Source: Fidelibacterota bacterium
GTDB taxonomy: Bacteria > Fidelibacterota > Marinisomatia > Marinisomatales > S15-B10
DNA length: 24,000 bases
Reading direction: 5' to 3'
NCBI GenBank assembly: GCA_030743815.1
Contig: JASLRT010000071.1
Span: 1 to 24,000 of the forward strand
In this document: positions 19,428-24,000 of the stretch, in pieces
How the letters are laid out: every line of letters starts with the position of its first letter
How positions within the stretch are numbered: the first letter of the stretch is position 1
Made by a program: the position numbers and the translations under genes
Notes under the pieces: model-generated
The model's database searches: none
What the model saw: only the letters and a program-made list of their open reading frames with translations
What the model was told of the DNA's origin: nothing

Positions 19428-19479
19428 CAACACGGTCGGCTTGCCCGAATCACACGGTTCAGGCGGGGAGACCGTGTTG
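19428..19479. repeat. Perfect 10-bp inverted repeat (CAACACGGTC ... GACCGTGTTG) enclosing a competing half-site copy (ACACGGT at 19452-19458)
   Basis: Read directly from the sequence. 19428-19437 is the exact reverse complement of 19470-19479. ACACGGT occurs at both 19430-19436 and 19452-19458, so the 3' arm can pair with either copy. The repeat lies in the 426-bp noncoding gap upstream of the amidase gene. Confidence 0.8.
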
Positions 19480-19661
19480 GATTGTTCCAAGAGAGGTCCG
19501 TCATTGCTGATTCGCCACCAGTGATTCAAATTGATACATCTGCTAACAGTTGAGTTGAGAGTGCAAAGCGGATTTGACTAAGGGATCGGTGGAGATCAGC
19601 GCACAAGTCTACTCAGATTGTGGGATTGCGTCGAGTAAGACCGATCACCGGCACTTCGTCC

Positions 19662-21539
19662 TCAAAAGGCGATATCCATCTGAAAACCGCTCTCAACATT
19701 CGGTATTGACCATCTGCCTGGATCATCGAATCGCTCCCACGTAGTTCGTACTCGCCAGCTCACCGTTGCTCCGTGGGCAGTCTTGATTCTGACAAAAGTG
19801 GCGAGCGATTGACCTGACGAGGCAAAAGCCCGGTTGCGCATCTCTCCGGGAAGATTAAGATCCCATACATAGATTCTTGACGCCCAATCGTCTGAGCGGT
19901 ACATCACCCAGTTGAATGAAATGCGCCACGATTTTGTGGCAAGGTGCATTTTGGTGGAGAGGCCGTGTCCGGTGTGCTGGCCGTCGTCATCCTGAGCCAC
20001 CACTCTGTCTCCCTGAAACTGCCACTTCAGCTGCTTATTTACAGGTAGTGTCGAGCTGGCACGCCATGTTTCTCTGCTGGAATTCGGCTGAAATATTTCT
20101 CCTGCATAGGCGATGCCATCTTCGCCGGATTTATCCTCGCGCTTCCACCGGAGCAGAGCATTTCCACCATAACGCCACCGAAAACTCAAAGTAGCGGCGG
20201 TTTCGAAACCACGGACCGGCTGACCGCCCTCACTGACAGCAACAGTCTCGCGGTACCAGTCGCCGTAGCTGAACAGGCGTATTTTCCCCGTGGAGATAGA
20301 AAGAGCCTGATAGATTCCTGATTCATTCAGCTGGTCGCGGCTCCATTCGCCGAGCGGTCGCGAGCGAGGACCCCGGAAACCGCCTGGATAGTAGCGGACT
20401 GATCCCATCCATCGGAGTGTCTTCATATCCAATGTTGCGCCGGTGAGATAGGAAGGGCTTGTGCCATTATAGACGGCGGTTTCGCCGAAGAACGAGAGTT
20501 TGTCAAAGGTGTATTGTCCATGGACGGAGCCGTAGCTTTGCGGCGGGCGGTTAGTGGGTGAATTCCCGTCAATCTGCCATCTGTCAACGGCGGTGAGGAT
20601 GCCGACTTGAGCCTGCTCACCTGACCGTTTCCAGGCGAGTATGGCGCTCTCTTCGTTCAGATTGTGCTTTCGGTCGCGGGCTGTTTCAGACTGATGAAGA
20701 CCTGATACGGAAATGGAAGTAACAGAGAGTGAGTCGAGGATGGCATCCATCGGTGAGGATGAAAGAGAGGCGATCCAGGTATTTGACTTGTACTCATATT
20801 CAACTGCCGCGCCGCGGAGGGCCCACTGTTCCAGAGTAGACCGCCACGGCCGAAGTCCTCTCCCGGGGCGTGAGAAATAGGTGATGCTCGTATTCCCCTT
20901 GAACGGCCGCGAAGAGCGACCAAACAGGAGACCATAACCTGAGTGAAGCTGAAAGTCACCGACAATTGCCCGAGTGTGGCTGTTAACTGGGATACTTAGA
21001 TGAGCTGATGCAAAATCGGTGAGCGTTGGTTCTCCCGGGTCGCGTTCCAAAACAAATCCTCCCGATGCCGAGGCACGCTGAAAATCGACCCTCGTTACCA
21101 TCCTTATATCCTCAGTTGAAGTCGTCCATCGATTACGCAGGACGACACCTAATGGCCGTACCTCTTCAACAGTGGTTGTGAGAGGCAGAAGTTGTCTTGT
21201 GACTGGATCGAGCTCCTGGAACTGGAGTATCTCGAAGATTGAGATAAATTGCCCCAACTCGTTACGCCTTTTTAGAATCAGGGAGATATCGCTCGATGGA
21301 AGTAGAGGAATCTTCTCAAGTTGCTTTCTGCTGACGCTGTTTAGATTGAGCGGTTCGCGCACAAACTGTTCCAGGGTCAGCAGGTCTTCAGCCGAAAGGA
21401 CAGATTCTTCGTCATCCAGCTGAAATTCAGTCAGGATCTCGTCCAGCGACTGCCCTTGCCCGGAGCAGGGGCTAAGGCAGGCTAAAAGTGAGAGCAAGAA
21501 TATGGCTGAGATTAAGTTCCGGATGATTAGCGATTGCAT
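19662..21539 (-). CDS. Helix-hairpin-helix (ComEA-like) domain protein fused to a predicted outer-membrane beta-barrel
   Basis: 625 aa with a signal peptide (LISAIFLLSLLACLSPCSG, possible lipobox LLAC). Residues around 60-120, LNLNSVSRKQLEKIPLLPSSDISLILKRRNELGQFISIFEILQFQELDPVTRQLL, resemble the ComEA HhH DNA-binding module. The remaining 500 aa or so are rich in alternating beta-strand patterns with aromatic/Gly residues and end in ...GFQMDIAF, a terminal Phe typical of OM barrels. AGGAAA lies 6 nt upstream of the ATG. Confidence 0.8.
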   Translation of the reverse strand: MQSLIIRNLISAIFLLSLLACLSPCSGQGQSLDEILTEFQLDDEESVLSAEDLLTLEQFVREPLNLNSVSRKQLEKIPLLPSSDISLILKRRNELGQFISIFEILQFQELDPVTRQLLPLTTTVEEVRPLGVVLRNRWTTSTEDIRMVTRVDFQRASASGGFVLERDPGEPTLTDFASAHLSIPVNSHTRAIVGDFQLHSGYGLLFGRSSRPFKGNTSITYFSRPGRGLRPWRSTLEQWALRGAAVEYEYKSNTWIASLSSSPMDAILDSLSVTSISVSGLHQSETARDRKHNLNEESAILAWKRSGEQAQVGILTAVDRWQIDGNSPTNRPPQSYGSVHGQYTFDKLSFFGETAVYNGTSPSYLTGATLDMKTLRWMGSVRYYPGGFRGPRSRPLGEWSRDQLNESGIYQALSISTGKIRLFSYGDWYRETVAVSEGGQPVRGFETAATLSFRWRYGGNALLRWKREDKSGEDGIAYAGEIFQPNSSRETWRASSTLPVNKQLKWQFQGDRVVAQDDDGQHTGHGLSTKMHLATKSWRISFNWVMYRSDDWASRIYVWDLNLPGEMRNRAFASSGQSLATFVRIKTAHGATVSWRVRTTWERFDDPGRWSIPNVESGFQMDIAF

Positions 21540-22275
21540 AACTTATTTCCTGACCGATGATCTTCAGCCTGATACCGGCGGTTACCTGGGTGGGACTCGT
21601 GGCAAAGCCGGTCATGACTGTAAAGGACTCAATCGGCTTCCATTGCAGACCAAACTTATAGCGTGAATCAAATTGCAGATCCTTTTCGAATTCTGCTATA
21701 GCGGACATCTGACTACTTGGTGTAAAGCTGAAGCCGGTAACTATTACCTGCGGCAGCAGCTCGTCAGAGGCGCCGATTCGTGGCGCATTCAGGTTCTGAT
21801 ATAGCATGGACCATGTCACCGATTCCTGTATGTCGAAGGCGATGGATGCGGACAGGCTAACTGTTTTCTGGGAGCCGTAGTTGACGATTGAGAGTTCGTG
21901 TCCGGCAAGGAGCAGTCCAAAATCGAGATGCTGTCCCAGGCGTCTGCCTAAACCGAGCGCAAACGTTGTCTCGCCGTACAGTTTGTTGCCAGCTGAATAG
22001 AACCCGATGCCGACATTTCCGTATCGCCAGGGAGCTGATATAACCGCCCCCGCGTTGCTGAGATCCGTAAGGCTAAAGGGTTTGCCGTAGAATGCGGCTG
22101 TGTTGAGACTGGTCGATGAGGCAAGGGAGGCGGGGTGACTGAGAAAATGAGCCGATGTGCGCCCCGGACCGAATTGGGTCATCCCCAAGGCGACCAGATT
22201 CGGGAGTAGAGGAAGCCGTTCAAAAGCGCCGATCAGGCCAGATACAAGTATGAGTGACAGCCATATCAGACGCAT
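21472..22275 (-). CDS. Predicted outer-membrane beta-barrel protein, PorV/PorQ-family-like
   Basis: 267 aa with a signal peptide (MRLIWLSLILVSGLIGA). It has LGMTQFGPG...HPASLA near the N-terminus, a NLNAPRIG..ELLPQVIVTGFSF segment and alternating-hydrophobic strands to the C-terminus (SHILALTFSLP). This pattern is reminiscent of PorV/PorQ-type barrels. The family assignment was made by eye only. Confidence 0.65.
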   Translation of the reverse strand: MRLIWLSLILVSGLIGAFERLPLLPNLVALGMTQFGPGRTSAHFLSHPASLASSTSLNTAAFYGKPFSLTDLSNAGAVISAPWRYGNVGIGFYSAGNKLYGETTFALGLGRRLGQHLDFGLLLAGHELSIVNYGSQKTVSLSASIAFDIQESVTWSMLYQNLNAPRIGASDELLPQVIVTGFSFTPSSQMSAIAEFEKDLQFDSRYKFGLQWKPIESFTVMTGFATSPTQVTAGIRLKIIGQEISYAIANHPELNLSHILALTFSLP

Positions 22276-22408
22276 TTTGGTAAATGTAGTCTCTTATCGG
22301 TGAATAGACAAGAAGTGAGTGGTAATTTCACTTCACTTTTTAGCGAAAGAGTGCGAAATTGAACGAATAGTAAGACCGAGTGTTAAGCGGCCGAGAGGGG
22401 AAATGTAA

Positions 22409-22822
22409 GTGATGGAACGAAAAATCCGCATCGTTATGGCAAAGCCCGGTCTCGATGGTCATGACAGGGGGGTCAAGATTCTGGCCAGAGCTTACAGGGA
22501 TGCCGGGATGGAGGTGATCTATCTTGGGCTGCGTCAAACCCCTGAAATGATAGTCAGTACCGCCTTGCAGGAAGACGTGGACGTTATCGCTCTTTCGATT
22601 CTTTCTGGCGCCCATATGACTGTTTTTCCGAAAGTGATGGAACTGATGAAATCTGAAGGGATGGACGATGTTCTGCTGACGGGCGGCGGGATTATCCCTG
22701 ACAAGGATATGGAGGCGTTGCATGCTGAAGGGGTCGGGAAACTTTTTGGCCCCGGCACGCCCATCCAGGAGACTATCGATTATATCACGGAATGGGTAAA
22801 AACCAATCGGTGGAAGAAATGA
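22409..22822 (+). CDS. Stand-alone cobalamin (B12)-binding domain protein, methylmalonyl-CoA mutase small/C-terminal subunit type
   Basis: 137 aa. [30 protein letters not shown] carries the DxHxxG B12-binding motif, followed by [12 protein letters not shown] and GGGIIP. The start may be GTG at 22409 or the adjacent ATG at 22412. GAGGGG lies upstream. Confidence 0.92.
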   Translation: MMERKIRIVMAKPGLDGHDRGVKILARAYRDAGMEVIYLGLRQTPEMIVSTALQEDVDVIALSILSGAHMTVFPKVMELMKSEGMDDVLLTGGGIIPDKDMEALHAEGVGKLFGPGTPIQETIDYITEWVKTNRWKK

Positions 22823-24000
22823 GCGATACTCTGAAAAGACTGCAAACTTTACGGCAAGAAGCTCTAAAGGGTGGCGGTGAAGAACGTATAGAAGCCCAGC
22901 ACAGTAAAGGAAAACTGACCGCAAGAGAGCGTCTAGATCTTCTTCTGGATAAAGGTTCTTTTCAGGAGACAGGGATGTTTGTAAAGCATCAGTCTTCAGA
23001 CTTCGGGCTGGACAAGAAGCGGGTTCCGGGTGACGGAGTTGTTACAGGGCACGGGACCATAGACGGCCGGAGGGTATTCGTTTTTGCGCAAGATTTTACA
23101 GTCTTGGGTGGTTCTCTGTCTGGATCAAATGCGAAGAAGATCTGTAATATCATGGATCACGCCATGCGGGTAGGTGCACCGATCATAGGACTGAACGATT
23201 GCGGCGGAGCCCGGATTCAGGAGGGTGTCTCTTCGTTGGGCGGTTATGCCGAGATATTCTTGCGTAATACACTGGCATCCGGTGTTGTCCCACAAATTTC
23301 GATGATTATGGGTCCGTCGGCGGGGGGTGCTGTCTACTCGCCGGCTATTACTGACTTTACGCTGATGGTAAAGGGGACGAGCTATATGTTCGTTACCGGT
23401 CCGAATGTTGTCAAAACGGTGACCCACGAAGATGTAAGCTATGAAGATCTCGGCGGCGCCGTGACTCATGCCACCAAGAGCGGGGTTTCCCACTTTGCGG
23501 CTGAGAATGAAGTTGAAGCCATTCAGACTGTCAAATTGCTCCTCTCCTATATCCCTCAGAATAATCTGGAGGATCCACCCTTTGGTCCTCAGGAGGATCC
23601 GGTGGAGCGGGAGGTAGAAGCGCTTGATTCGGTTGTTCCGCAGAATTCCAACAAGCCGTACGATATGCACGACGTAATTCGCCCAATAGTAGACAGTGAG
23701 GAGTTTCTGGAAGTCCATTCTGCTTTTGCCAGAAATATCATTGTGGGATTTGCGCGCCTGAATGGTGGAAGCGTCGGGATTGTGGCTAATCAGCCGTCGC
23801 ATTTGGCAGGTGTTCTTGATATTGATTCGGCTGTGAAGGGGGCCCGGTTTGTCCGCTTCTGTGACGCTTTCAACATTCCGCTTGTGGTCTTCGAAGATGT
23901 GCCCGGCTTCTTACCGGGGACCGAACAGGAGTGGGGTGGTATCATCCGTCATGGAGCAAAGCTACTGTATGCCTTCTGTGAAGCGACAGTGCCAAAGGTG
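22819..24000 (+). CDS. Acyl-CoA carboxyltransferase (propionyl-CoA carboxylase beta chain / methylmalonyl-CoA carboxyltransferase 12S type). N-terminal 394 codons only; it continues past the window end.
   Basis: Absent from the ORF track because it has no stop codon in the window. My translation from the ATG at 22819 reads [50 protein letters not shown]...[29 protein letters not shown]...[13 protein letters not shown]...[20 protein letters not shown]...[46 protein letters not shown]. The ATG overlaps the upstream TGA (ATGA). The 23125-23802 (-) ORF is its antisense shadow. Confidence 0.95.
   Translation, partial: MSDTLKRLQTLRQEALKGGGEERIEAQHSKGKLTARERLDLLLDKGSFQETGMFVKHQSSDFGLDKKRVPGDGVVTGHGTIDGRRVFVFAQDFTVLGGSLSGSNAKKICNIMDHAMRVGAPIIGLNDCGGARIQEGVSSLGGYAEIFLRNTLASGVVPQISMIMGPSAGGAVYSPAITDFTLMVKGTSYMFVTGPNVVKTVTHEDVSYEDLGGAVTHATKSGVSHFAAENEVEAIQTVKLLLSYIPQNNLEDPPFGPQEDPVEREVEALDSVVPQNSNKPYDMHDVIRPIVDSEEFLEVHSAFARNIIVGFARLNGGSVGIVANQPSHLAGVLDIDSAVKGARFVRFCDAFNIPLVVFEDVPGFLPGTEQEWGGIIRHGAKLLYAFCEATVPKV

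Noticed and set aside
19236-19661. Possible tmRNA, tRNA, RNase P, SRP RNA, c-di-AMP (ydaO) riboswitch or small protein in the 426-bp gap
   Set aside because: There is no GGTTCGAnTCC T-arm, no RNase P P4 motif (GAGGAAAGTCC) and no convincing ydaO conserved blocks. CGGTGGAG at about 19588 resembles a tmRNA 3' end only superficially. The ATG-initiated peptides I read are 25 aa or shorter and lack a good RBS. The region is kept as an unassigned noncoding finding instead.
22312-22334. 7-bp inverted repeat (GAAGTGA-N9-TCACTTC) followed by ACTTTTT in the divergent promoter region upstream of the B12-domain gene. Considered as an attenuator, operator or cobalamin riboswitch.
   Set aside because: The stem is short and AT-rich. 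The 133-bp intergenic region is too small for a cobalamin riboswitch, and no B12-box is visible. There is not enough evidence to call it.
22340-23802. Long minus-strand ORFs 22340-22924 (194 aa) and 23125-23802 (225 aa)
   Set aside because: They are antisense to the clearly recognisable B12-binding and carboxyltransferase genes. Their sequences are Arg/His/Pro-rich and have no domain signatures. They are shadow frames.

Overview
This looks like an ordinary bacterial chromosomal core region, not an accessory island. I found no transposase, integrase, phage gene, CRISPR array, tRNA or rRNA. A partial minus-strand flippase-family gene starts the window (1-819), followed by eno-ftsB on the plus strand (1062-2729). 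A roughly 19.5-kb run of 18 minus-strand genes then covers 2745-22275. From highest to lowest coordinate these are: a PorV/PorQ-like outer-membrane (OM) barrel, a helix-hairpin-helix (HhH) domain fused to an OM barrel, a cell-wall amidase, murI, folC, rho, a hypothetical protein, a class-I aminotransferase, rpmE, prfA, prmC, a UbiA-family prenyltransferase, dnaE, dtd, motA, motB and a secreted hypothetical protein. The window ends with a plus-strand methylmalonyl/propionyl-CoA operon: a stand-alone B12-binding mutase domain and a partial carboxyltransferase. Several junctions are overlapping or nearly abutting (TAATG, GTGA, ATGA), which suggests translational coupling. Weak or absent Shine-Dalgarno (SD) sequences at many genes, the PorV/PorQ-like barrel and the DGGGP-synthase-like UbiA gene fit an FCB-superphylum-like organism, but that is inference only. 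The best candidate for novelty is the 308-aa ORF between rho and the aminotransferase. It carries an exact RAMP/Cas6-type glycine-rich loop (GhGxxxxxGhG) and a basic tail with a 42-bp tandem repeat, with no CRISPR array or other cas gene in the window. Secondary observations are the ComEA-like HhH domain fused to an OM barrel (whose start overlaps the upstream barrel gene by 68 nt), a 426-bp unexplained noncoding gap with competing pairings, a terminator-like hairpin 14 nt before prfA, and a motAB pair with no other flagellar genes in the window. All functional calls come from reading the translations by eye. No database search was run.
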